This document shows, piece by piece, positions 19,026-27,516 of a stretch of DNA of 64,000 nt (positions are counted from its first letter, which is position 1; each line of letters opens with the position of its first letter). The notes under the pieces are model-generated. The model was not told the origin of the DNA. It ran no database searches and saw only the letters and a list, made by a program, of their open reading frames with translations. The position numbers and the translations under genes were made by a program. The stretch spans positions 416,001-480,000 of the forward strand of contig JBBFKX010000001.1 of assembly GCA_037481815.1 (NCBI GenBank), given 5' to 3'. The stretch comes from a candidate division WOR-3 bacterium. Its GTDB lineage: Bacteria > Hydrothermota > 32-111.

Positions 19026-19690
19026 AATTGTTCGATCCTCGATTTTAATCTTTTCATATCCTTTGCTATCTGCTCTCTTATGGTTTTCAACCTTTCACCT
19101 TTTGAATGTAAAAGCACTGCCGGGTGATATGTCGCCACAACAGGAATTTCGGAAAAAATGGAAACAAGATCCCGATCCAGATAATCAGCCATTTTTAAAG
19201 ATTTTTCCCCTGTAACTACACTCGCGGCATACCTTCCCAAGGTCAAAATTATTTTTGGTTTTATACTTTCAACCTGTTTTTTAAGAAATGGGAAGCAGTT
19301 TGATATCTGTTCTGGCTCTGGATCAGCGTTTCCTGGAGGTCTGCATTTCAAGATGTTTGCAATAAAAACATCTTTCCTGTTTATACCTATATATTCAAGC
19401 ATTTTGGTCAACTTCTCTCCAGCCCTTCCAACAAAAGGTAAACCTTCTCTATCTTCATCAGCACCAGGGGCTTCCCCGATTATCATAAGTTTTGCATCAA
19501 AGGGCCCTGATCCAAAAACTTTATTTTTTATCGTTTTTTGTATCGGACAACTTCTGCAGTTCAAGACTTCTTCTTTTAAAATCTCCATCGGAGAAACAGA
19601 AAAAATATCCTCGGTTAAAATCAATTTTCTATTATAAAATTTTTTTTCAAACTTTAATATATCAATTATATTTTTTAAAATTTTATCCAT
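19019..19690 (-). CDS. Uracil-DNA glycosylase family 4 (Fe-S)
   Basis: CRSC, GEAPG, FVGRAG, KCRPPGN, C..FL, TYHPA. Confidence 0.92.
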   Translation of the reverse strand: MDKILKNIIDILKFEKKFYNRKLILTEDIFSVSPMEILKEEVLNCRSCPIQKTIKNKVFGSGPFDAKLMIIGEAPGADEDREGLPFVGRAGEKLTKMLEYIGINRKDVFIANILKCRPPGNADPEPEQISNCFPFLKKQVESIKPKIILTLGRYAASVVTGEKSLKMADYLDRDLVSIFSEIPVVATYHPAVLLHSKGERLKTIREQIAKDMKRLKSRIEQLC

Positions 19691-20829
19691 TCAAAAACCT
19701 TTAAAGCGATTTCAAATTTGTCAAGATCTTCAATTTTTAAAGAACCACCATCTTTTGAAATGATCGTAACGGTTCCTGAAGTTTTCCCCAGATTGTTTTG
19801 ATCATTTATAATTATGTAGTCCAGATTTTTTTCTCTCATTTTTTTCAACCCATTTTCAAGATGATTTTCACTTTCAAGTGCAAACCCAATTTTTATTATT
19901 TTTTTATCTTTATAAGATTTTAAAATATCCTCGCTTGCGTGAAGTTTTAACTCTAAACCATCTTTCTTTTTAATTTTATTTTTGCTAAACTCAGGTTTGA
20001 AATCTGTAACAGCAGCAGCCATAACAAGCATGTCATATTCATCGATTCTCTCATCCAAAATTTTTTTCATATCCTCTGAACTTTCAACCTTTATGTTTTC
20101 AGAAAAATGATAAGGTTTTTCATCGATTCTACCATGAACGAAAAGAATTTTTTCGGCTTTGTTAAAATATGCTGCTTTGGCAAAAGAGAGAGCCATTTTA
20201 CCTGACGAAAGATTTGTCAACACTCTGACAGGATCAACTTTTTCAAAAGTTCCACCACCTGTTATTATTATCTTTTTCCCTTTTAAAACTTCCCCAGGAT
20301 AAAGCAACCTCTTTGTCAAAAGAAAAATCTTTTCGATTTCAGGGAACCTTCCCTTCCCTTCCTCTCCACATGCAAGGAAACCTTCATCGGGTTCCATTAC
20401 AGATATTCCCCTCTCTTTCAACTTTTCTATATTTTCGACAATGGCTTTATTCTCATACATCGTTTTGTTCATCGTTGGAACCACTAAAATCTTCTTGTCA
20501 AAAGAGAGAAAGGTTGTTGAAAGGAGATCATCAGCGATCCCGGAGGCAAATTTACCTATAATGTTTGCTGATGCAGGAGCAACCACAAGTATATCAGCCC
20601 ATCTGCTCAAACTTATATGTTCAGTTGACCATTCATTTTCATCATCGAAAAGTGAAGTGTAAACTTTGTTTTCTGAAAGAGTTCTCAAAGTTAAAGGTGT
20701 AATAAATCTTGCACCGTTAGGAGTAAGTATAACTTTTACCTCATCACCACTCTTTTTGAACTCTCTTATCAGCGAAGCAGATTTGTAAGCAGAAATACAA
20801 CCGGTTATACCTAAAAGGATTTTACTCAT
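19675..20829 (-). CDS. coaBC: Phosphopantothenoylcysteine decarboxylase/ligase
   Basis: GITGCISAYK, APASANIIGK, LACGEEGKGR, DPVRVLTNLSSGKM, IGFALE. Confidence 0.95.
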   Translation of the reverse strand: MSKILLGITGCISAYKSASLIREFKKSGDEVKVILTPNGARFITPLTLRTLSENKVYTSLFDDENEWSTEHISLSRWADILVVAPASANIIGKFASGIADDLLSTTFLSFDKKILVVPTMNKTMYENKAIVENIEKLKERGISVMEPDEGFLACGEEGKGRFPEIEKIFLLTKRLLYPGEVLKGKKIIITGGGTFEKVDPVRVLTNLSSGKMALSFAKAAYFNKAEKILFVHGRIDEKPYHFSENIKVESSEDMKKILDERIDEYDMLVMAAAVTDFKPEFSKNKIKKKDGLELKLHASEDILKSYKDKKIIKIGFALESENHLENGLKKMREKNLDYIIINDQNNLGKTSGTVTIISKDGGSLKIEDLDKFEIALKVFEWIKF

Positions 20830-21049
20830 AATCTTTTATTCTTTCGTCAAGTAAACCATCGAAGAAATCGTTAAAAGCATCTTTTACAGGTTCATTTTTA
20901 ATAAGATTTGCTGGTTGTTTTTCGTTTTTTGAATTAAAATACAAATAGTTTTCCTGATTGTATTTTTTTGCTCTTTTTGCAATAAGAACAACAGCGAGAT
21001 ACTTGTTTTTCACTTTTTTATAAATCTCATCGATTGGAACAACTTTCAT
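20822..21049 (-). CDS. rpoZ: RNA polymerase omega subunit
   Basis: NKYLAVVLIAKRAK motif; conserved position between gmk and coaBC. Confidence 0.85.
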   Translation of the reverse strand: MKVVPIDEIYKKVKNKYLAVVLIAKRAKKYNQENYLYFNSKNEKQPANLIKNEPVKDAFNDFFDGLLDERIKDYE

Positions 21050-21624
21050 CTATATCCTCCTTTTTCTTTTTCTTTTTCTATAATTTCTTTTATACTCTGG
21101 AAAGCTTCATCTATGTTCCTGTTGATAACAGTATATTTAAAATGCTTTGAGAATTCAATCTCTTTTTTTGCATTCTCAAGTCGTAACCTGATATCTTCAA
21201 CTCCATCCCTACTTCTTTTTTTTAGTCGTTCCTCAAGTTCCTCCAAAGAAGGAGGCATTATAAAAATCGAAACAGAATTTGGATATTTTTTCATAATGTT
21301 GATCGCTCCAATAACATCAATATCCATAACAACGATTTTTCCTTTTTCTATCATTTCATCCAAAAATTTTTTTGGTGTTCCATACCTTTTCCCATGAACG
21401 AATGCAGTTTCAGCAAAAAAACCTTCTTTTTCTTTCTGTAAAAACTCCTCCTCGGTCAAAAAATAATAGTCCTTTCCATCGGTTTCACCTTTTCTTTTTT
21501 CCCTTGTTGTCGCTGAAACCGAGTAAACTGTATCTTTGATATTTTCGAGTATCATCTTGCACAAGGTTGTTTTTCCACCACCTGATGGTGATGACAGAAT
21601 AAGTAAAAAACCTTTACTCGACAT
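21046..21624 (-). CDS. gmk: Guanylate kinase
   Basis: SSPSGGGKTT, SATTR, GKDYYF, YGTP, DIDVIG. Confidence 0.97.
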   Translation of the reverse strand: MSSKGFLLILSSPSGGGKTTLCKMILENIKDTVYSVSATTREKRKGETDGKDYYFLTEEEFLQKEKEGFFAETAFVHGKRYGTPKKFLDEMIEKGKIVVMDIDVIGAINIMKKYPNSVSIFIMPPSLEELEERLKKRSRDGVEDIRLRLENAKKEIEFSKHFKYTVINRNIDEAFQSIKEIIEKEKEKGGYR

Positions 21625-22429
21625 TAGCTACCTGCTCTTTCATCTTTTCGATTATCTCTTTTATCCTTATAACCTTTTCTATAATTCTTACATCCTCTGA
21701 TTTGGATGAAATCGTATTCGCTTCCCTCTGTAGTTCCTGGAGTATGAATGTTATCGACGAACCCGACTCTTCCTTTTTTAATCTCCTGAGATGAATTTTA
21801 AATCTATCTATCTCTTCTGTGATATCAACCTTATCAGCGTAAAGTATCAACTCATTTTTTAACTGTTCATTGTATTCGCCAAGAAGTTTTTTAAGTTTTT
21901 CTTTTTTTTCTTTTACTATATTTTTCGAAAGGTTTTTGATCGAATTTATGTTTGAATTCAAAATCTTTATATACTGATGGATTATCTTTTTTATCTCCAT
22001 TCCCTCTTCCTCTCTATATTTTATAAACGATGAAAGTGAAAGTTTAAAAAGTTTTACAATTGATAGGAGTGTGTCCCTTTCAACCTTTTTTACAAGTGGT
22101 ATATAGTTTGATACATCAGAATACACAAGAGGCAAAAATTTTTCATATTTCTCCATCCCCATAACTTTCTCAAGTGATTTTATTCTTGTTTCAACAAAAT
22201 TTTGAATGTAATCGCTTGAATAGTTAACAAAAAAATTTACTGAAATGTTTCCTTTTTTAATCTTTTTTGAAATTATTTTTCTAAGGTCATTTTCAAGAGT
22301 TGAAAGTTCGTAAGGTAATTTAAAAGTTGTATTAAGCCCCTTTCCGTTAACAGATCTGATCTCACAGGTAACACTCCCATAACCTTTTATACTCTTTGAA
22401 AGTTTAACATAACCTGTCATACTCTTCAT
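21614..22429 (-). CDS. yicC: YicC/YloC family endoribonuclease
   Basis: MKSMTGY, EIRSVN, DITEEIDR, QELQREANTISSK, EQVANVE. Confidence 0.92.
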   Translation of the reverse strand: MKSMTGYVKLSKSIKGYGSVTCEIRSVNGKGLNTTFKLPYELSTLENDLRKIISKKIKKGNISVNFFVNYSSDYIQNFVETRIKSLEKVMGMEKYEKFLPLVYSDVSNYIPLVKKVERDTLLSIVKLFKLSLSSFIKYREEEGMEIKKIIHQYIKILNSNINSIKNLSKNIVKEKKEKLKKLLGEYNEQLKNELILYADKVDITEEIDRFKIHLRRLKKEESGSSITFILQELQREANTISSKSEDVRIIEKVIRIKEIIEKMKEQVANVE

Positions 22430-22869
22430 CAGAACTCCAGAATAAATGTTGCTGGTCCATCGTTTATAAGATGAACTTTCATATATTCGCCAAAACTTCC
22501 CTTTTCAGTTTTTATCCTCTCATTAAATTTTTCATACAGTTTTTCAAAAAGAATCTTTGCTTCCTCATATCGGAGAGAATCATCAAAAGATGGTCTGTTG
22601 CCATCAAAATTCCTGCTTGCAAGTGTGAACTGTGAAACGAGCATGATCTCTCCTTTTACATCATCGATCGATCTGTTGAACTTCCTGTTCTCATCTTCAA
22701 AAATCCGAAAATTTATAACTTTTTTTACAACTTTATCAAAATCTGGTTGATTTTTCAAATCATCCTTTTTGAAACATACAAAAATCAAGAGTCCTCTACC
22801 TATAGATGAAAAAAGTTTTTCTTCTACAAAAATTTTACTTTCCAGAACCCTTTGAATTAAAAGTACCAT
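22429..22869 (-). CDS. dtd: D-aminoacyl-tRNA deacylase
   Basis: IQRV, RIFED, SQFTL, RPSF, NDGP. Probable start is the ATG at 22869 (track gives 22881). Confidence 0.92.
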   Translation of the reverse strand: MVLLIQRVLESKIFVEEKLFSSIGRGLLIFVCFKKDDLKNQPDFDKVVKKVINFRIFEDENRKFNRSIDDVKGEIMLVSQFTLASRNFDGNRPSFDDSLRYEEAKILFEKLYEKFNERIKTEKGSFGEYMKVHLINDGPATFILEF

Positions 22870-23455
22870 TGTAAAGTTCAAAAAATTTTGTGATCAGAAG
22901 ATCAAGGTTGTTATTGGTTTGTGTAGTTATAAGGTTTTTAGATGAAACTATGTCTCTATCTACATACTTAATTTTTATATCTTTTACCTTTTCATACAAA
23001 ACATAGATGTCTGTCATCGTTATATATTTACCATCGGTAACACCAGCTTTTACGAGCAAAACGGGAGCAAAACCTATGGCTATGATAAATTTTTTATTCT
23101 CATCAGAATCTTTTATGAGTTTCAGAAGTTTTCTGTTCTCAATCTCATTTAAAATTCCTTTACCACCAAGTATAACAAGATAATCAAAATCTGAACTTTT
23201 TATGGAGTCAATAGATGTATGTGGTAAAATCTTTTCAAAGGTCTCAGACATACATGTATCGATCTTGTTTGAAAAAGTAAAATAGTTTAAATTCAAAGAA
23301 TCAAAAGTTGAGGTAAATTTAAAATAATCAACATAAGAAAACATTTTTTGTGGAATATATATTGCACCGACTGAATTTTCGATCTTCGAACCGGTCAATG
23401 CGAATAAATTTGTTAAAACAACTAATAAGATTATCATTAAATTTAATTTTTTCAT
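22835..23455 (-). CDS. DJ-1/PfpI family protein with signal peptide, nucleophile Cys replaced by Gly
   Basis: FDYLVILGGKG, AIGFAP (canonical AICxxP), NLITTQ; N-terminal signal peptide. Confidence 0.75.
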   Translation of the reverse strand: MKKLNLMIILLVVLTNLFALTGSKIENSVGAIYIPQKMFSYVDYFKFTSTFDSLNLNYFTFSNKIDTCMSETFEKILPHTSIDSIKSSDFDYLVILGGKGILNEIENRKLLKLIKDSDENKKFIIAIGFAPVLLVKAGVTDGKYITMTDIYVLYEKVKDIKIKYVDRDIVSSKNLITTQTNNNLDLLITKFFELYNGTFNSKGSGK

Positions 23456-23463
23456 AAAAAATT

Positions 23464-23492
23464 ATTATATTTAATCTTATACAAACAGTCAA
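23464..23492 (-). promoter_or_regulatory. Sigma70 promoter, near-leaderless, heading the DJ-1 to ptb gene run
   Basis: TTGACT-N17-TATAAT, then 8 nt to the ATG at 23455; no SD. Confidence 0.75.
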
Positions 23493-23509
23493 GAATTTTT
23501 AAAATAATT

Positions 23510-25354
23510 TTATAAGTCCTCTTCTAAAACTTCTTCTCTTTTATCGCCTCTTAACCTTTTCCTTTCAAGTGATGATAAAATCTTTTTTCTCAATCTTATC
23601 GACTTTGGAGTCACCTCAATCATCTCATCATCTTTAATAAATTCCATCGCCTTTTCCAATGTCATCGGAATCACAGGTGTTAAAACTATTGACTCATCCT
23701 TTGAAACGGATCTCATATTCGATAACCTTTTTTCTTTTGTCGGATTAACGTTAAGATCATTCTCTTTACTGTGTTCTCCAATTATCATTCCCTCGTAAAC
23801 AGGATCGTTTGGGACTATGAAAAGCCTGCCCCTCTCTTCGAGATATGATAAAGCATAAGCAACAGCCCTTCCTTCATTTTCCGAAACGAGTGATCCTGTT
23901 GTTCTTGATGGTATGTCACCTTTATACTCTTCATACCCTTTCAGATAGCCGTTCATAATACCTGTTCCTCTTGTATCAGTAAGGAATTCTGATCTGTAAC
24001 CTATAAGACCCCTTGAAGGGATCATAAATTCTATTCTTACTCTTCCATTGGCATTTGTTGAAAGGTTGTACATAATACCTTTTCTTAAAGATAATTTTTC
24101 TGTGACTATACCAACATATTTATCTTCAGTGTCTATGAATATATGTTCAATAGGTTCAAAAGTTTTTCCATCTTTATATTTGAAAATAACTTTTGGTCTT
24201 CCGACTGTCAGTTCAAACCCCTCTCTTCTCATACTCTCTATCAATATGGATAATTGGAGTTCACCTCTTCCTTTCACTATAAATGTGTTTGGCTCAATCC
24301 CATCTTCAACCTGTATTCCAACATTCTTTAAGGTCTCCTTATTCAATCTTTCTCTCAATTTTCCTGACTGAACATTTATGCCTTCCTTTCCGGCAAGTGG
24401 GGAAGTGTTCACTGTAAAAATCATGGATATCGCTGGTTCATCTATGAATATTCCAGGTAAACTTTGCGGGAAATCTTTGTTACAGATTGTATCGCCGATT
24501 TTTACCTCGTCAACCCCGGCGAGAACTATTATCTCACCACTTTCAACTCCATCCACCTCTTTTATTCTGTTACCTTCATAAACCTGAAGTTTTGTGACGG
24601 TTAAAGGGATAATCTTTTTTTCAGAATTTATACAGACAAGTTGATCGTTTTTCTTCACATTTCCATTAACAACTTTTCCAATAGCTAACCTACCAAGATA
24701 ATCTGAATATGATAGATCACAAACAAGCATCTGGAATATTTCATCATCTTTGTATACTGGAGCTGGGATATAGTTACAGATGGTTTCAAAAAGTGGGGTA
24801 AGATCTTTTGAATCGTCATCAACTCTTCTTTTCGCTATTCCATCTCTACCAATAGCGTATAAAACCGGATAATCGAGTTGTTCATCTGTTGCATCGAGTG
24901 ATATGAAAAGTTCAAATATTTCATCGGAAACTTCTTTAATCCTTGCATCTTTTCTATCAATTTTATTGATAACAACGATAATTTTTAAATTTTTTTCAAG
25001 TGCTTTTTTCAAAACAAACCTTGTTTGAGGTAAAGGACCTTCAGATGCATCAACAAGTAGTATCGCTCCATCAACCATAAAAAGAGCCCTTTCCACTTCA
25101 CTTCCAAAATCAGCGTGCCCTGGAGTATCGATTATATTTATTTTAACATCCTTATAATTTATAGAACAATTTTTTGCAGCAATCGTTATTCCCCTCTCCC
25201 TTTCAAGATCGAGGGAATCCATTATCCTTTCTTCAATCCCATCTCTTACTTTAAACATACCACTCTGTTTAAACATTGAATCAACAAGAGTTGTTTTCCC
25301 ATGATCAACATGAGCGATTATCGCAATGTTTCTGATGTTTTTGTTAAATTTCAT
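23510..25354 (-). CDS. typA: Translational GTPase TypA/BipA
   Basis: IAHVDHGKTTLVD, ERERGITI, DTPGHADF, GRGELQL, RREGFEL, EVTPKSIRLRK. Confidence 0.97.
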   Translation of the reverse strand: MKFNKNIRNIAIIAHVDHGKTTLVDSMFKQSGMFKVRDGIEERIMDSLDLERERGITIAAKNCSINYKDVKINIIDTPGHADFGSEVERALFMVDGAILLVDASEGPLPQTRFVLKKALEKNLKIIVVINKIDRKDARIKEVSDEIFELFISLDATDEQLDYPVLYAIGRDGIAKRRVDDDSKDLTPLFETICNYIPAPVYKDDEIFQMLVCDLSYSDYLGRLAIGKVVNGNVKKNDQLVCINSEKKIIPLTVTKLQVYEGNRIKEVDGVESGEIIVLAGVDEVKIGDTICNKDFPQSLPGIFIDEPAISMIFTVNTSPLAGKEGINVQSGKLRERLNKETLKNVGIQVEDGIEPNTFIVKGRGELQLSILIESMRREGFELTVGRPKVIFKYKDGKTFEPIEHIFIDTEDKYVGIVTEKLSLRKGIMYNLSTNANGRVRIEFMIPSRGLIGYRSEFLTDTRGTGIMNGYLKGYEEYKGDIPSRTTGSLVSENEGRAVAYALSYLEERGRLFIVPNDPVYEGMIIGEHSKENDLNVNPTKEKRLSNMRSVSKDESIVLTPVIPMTLEKAMEFIKDDEMIEVTPKSIRLRKKILSSLERKRLRGDKREEVLEEDL

Positions 25355-25383
25355 AAAACCTCTTCTGGAACAGATTAAATTTT

Positions 25384-25854
25384 TTAAATTTTGAAATCCG
25401 GATTTTCAAGTTTTAACAGAAATTCCTTCACTTTAATTTTTCCAGCGAAACCTCTTAAACCACCATCCTTGCCAATGATCCTATGACATGGAATGATTAT
25501 CGGGACGTTGTTCTGTCTTAAAGCATTTCCAACAGCTCTAACCGCTTTTGGATTTCCAACCAACTTTGCTATATCCGAATATGTAGCGGTTTTCCCATAA
25601 GGTATCTTGCAGATTGTTTTCAAAACTTTTTTTTGAAACTCGGTTCCACTGAAAAGAACCTTGATCGAAAAATTTTTTCTTTTCTTTTTGAAATACTGAT
25701 CAAGTTGTTCTAAAACTTTCTTTAAAAGTTCACTTTTATGAGTATTTTTTTTAACTTTTTTTTTGTTAACAAAATCAAGTTTTGTTATAACTCCATCATT
25801 CTCCTCTATAAGTATAAAACCAATTGGGGATTTGTAGTAAACAAAATTTTTCAT
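25384..25854 (-). CDS. ogt: Methylated-DNA-protein-cysteine methyltransferase
   Basis: GTEFQ, IPYG, RAVGNA, active-site IPCHR. Confidence 0.95.
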   Translation of the reverse strand: MKNFVYYKSPIGFILIEENDGVITKLDFVNKKKVKKNTHKSELLKKVLEQLDQYFKKKRKNFSIKVLFSGTEFQKKVLKTICKIPYGKTATYSDIAKLVGNPKAVRAVGNALRQNNVPIIIPCHRIIGKDGGLRGFAGKIKVKEFLLKLENPDFKI

Positions 25855-26405
25855 AAAGTATGCTCCATCAAAATTTTTATTCCAATACCGATAAGTATCA
25901 AACCACCTACAAGTTCTGATTTGTTGTTTAAGAGTTTATTGAAGAATCTTCCAAGTATGGTAAACATTAGAGAATCAAAAAATGTTACAATGCCGATTAA
26001 AATGGTCGTTTTTAGAACATCAAAACTTAACAAAGCAAATGATATTCCTACAGCAAGAGAATCTATACTGGTTGCGATAGAAAGTGTTAAAAGAACAAAA
26101 ATTGAATCTGTATCAAAACATTTTTTTTCTTCTCTTTTCAACGATTCATACAACATTTTTCCTCCAACCGAAAGTAAAAGCAAAAAGGCGATCCAGTGAT
26201 CGAAACTACTTATTAGAATCGAAAATCCAAAGCCAACAAAATAACCAATAACAAACATCAACGATTGAAAAAATCCGAAAAAGGCTCCGAGTTTTATCGA
26301 TAGGAGGAATCGACTTCTCTTTTCATTTAAACCACAGACAAGAGAAACAGCGGAAGCATCAAGAGAAAGTCCAAAAGCAACCAAAAGAACAGTTAAAAAA
26401 TTCAT
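25851..26405 (-). CDS. mntP: Manganese efflux pump MntP
   Basis: GLSLDASAVS, FGFFQ, DHWIAF, ATSIDSLAVG, GGLILIGIG. Confidence 0.92.
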   Translation of the reverse strand: MNFLTVLLVAFGLSLDASAVSLVCGLNEKRSRFLLSIKLGAFFGFFQSLMFVIGYFVGFGFSILISSFDHWIAFLLLLSVGGKMLYESLKREEKKCFDTDSIFVLLTLSIATSIDSLAVGISFALLSFDVLKTTILIGIVTFFDSLMFTILGRFFNKLLNNKSELVGGLILIGIGIKILMEHTL

Positions 26406-27463
26406 ACTTTTTCCTTATCAAGATCTATCAATTTGTAATCTTTTAAACTTTCCCATTTTTTGGGAAATGTTATTATAACCTGCGGATACGACTCAAAGAT
26501 TTCAAGAAGTTTACCTGTTTTAACCTTATCGAGTTCAGAGAAAGCATCATCGATCAGTATAACAGGATATTCCCCTATGTTTTCATAAATAAGGTTCAGC
26601 TCAGCGATCTTCAGAGTTATTCCAAGTAATGTTTTTTCTCCCTCACTTCCAAAATCACTTATCGGTTTTCCTTCAACAGTTATAATTACATCATCAAGGT
26701 GTGGACCAAAAATTGTTCTTCTTTTTTCCTTTTCAAGAGAAAGATTTGATTTAAATTTTTCGAAAAGAGAAATATTTTTAAAATCACCATTATCTTTAGA
26801 GGAAAAATATTTCACATTCACGAGACCTTTTTTTTCAAAAACCTTTTCATACAATCTGTTTAAAAGATCCTCAAAATAAGAGATAAACTCTATTCTTCTT
26901 TCATAAATATACTCAGATTTTTCTGAAAGTTGAAAAGAGTATGTCTCAAGCAACCTTTTATCACCACCCTCTTTAAGAATAAAATTCTTTCTTTTTAAAA
27001 TTGAATGATACTGGATTAGATTTTCAAAATATTCGTTGTCGATAGTTGATATCAATCTATCCATAAATTTTCTTCGATATATAGCCATTCTATCGGAAAG
27101 AAGTTTGTCGTATGTTGAAAAAATTACCGAAATAAAGAAGCCAAAACCTTCGGTTAATTTAACCGATCGATTACCATTTATAGACAAAACTTTTTTGTTG
27201 TCTTTATATAAAAGTCCGATAGAAAAATCCTCCCCTTCTCTTTCTCCTTCAATATTTACAATAAAATGGTCCTCTCCTAACTTTACTATTTTTTTGTCAT
27301 TTCCTGTTCTGAAAGATTTAAAGTTTGTCAAATAGTATATCGCTTCAATAATAGATGTCTTCCCGGAACCGTTCATTCCAGTGATCAAAGTTCTTTTATC
27401 AAAAGAAAAAACTTTACTTGAAAAATTTCGAAAATTAACTATACTTAATTTTTTAATAATCAT
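26402..27463 (-). CDS. recF: DNA replication/repair protein RecF
   Basis: NFRN, GMNGSGKTS, SFRT, GPHLDD, GSEGE, IDDAFSELD. The ATG at 27463 is preferred over the TTG at 27469. Confidence 0.93.
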   Translation of the reverse strand: MIIKKLSIVNFRNFSSKVFSFDKRTLITGMNGSGKTSIIEAIYYLTNFKSFRTGNDKKIVKLGEDHFIVNIEGEREGEDFSIGLLYKDNKKVLSINGNRSVKLTEGFGFFISVIFSTYDKLLSDRMAIYRRKFMDRLISTIDNEYFENLIQYHSILKRKNFILKEGGDKRLLETYSFQLSEKSEYIYERRIEFISYFEDLLNRLYEKVFEKKGLVNVKYFSSKDNGDFKNISLFEKFKSNLSLEKEKRRTIFGPHLDDVIITVEGKPISDFGSEGEKTLLGITLKIAELNLIYENIGEYPVILIDDAFSELDKVKTGKLLEIFESYPQVIITFPKKWESLKDYKLIDLDKEKV

Positions 27464-27469
27464 TAACAA

Positions 27470-27497
27470 AGATTACCAAAATTTTGTAAAAATTCAA
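27470..27497 (-). promoter_or_regulatory. Sigma70 promoter for leaderless recF
   Basis: TTGAAT-N16-TAATCT with extended -10 TG, then 6 nt to the ATG at 27463. Confidence 0.6.
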
Positions 27498-27516
27498 CTC
27501 CAAAAAGGAGAAAAAG

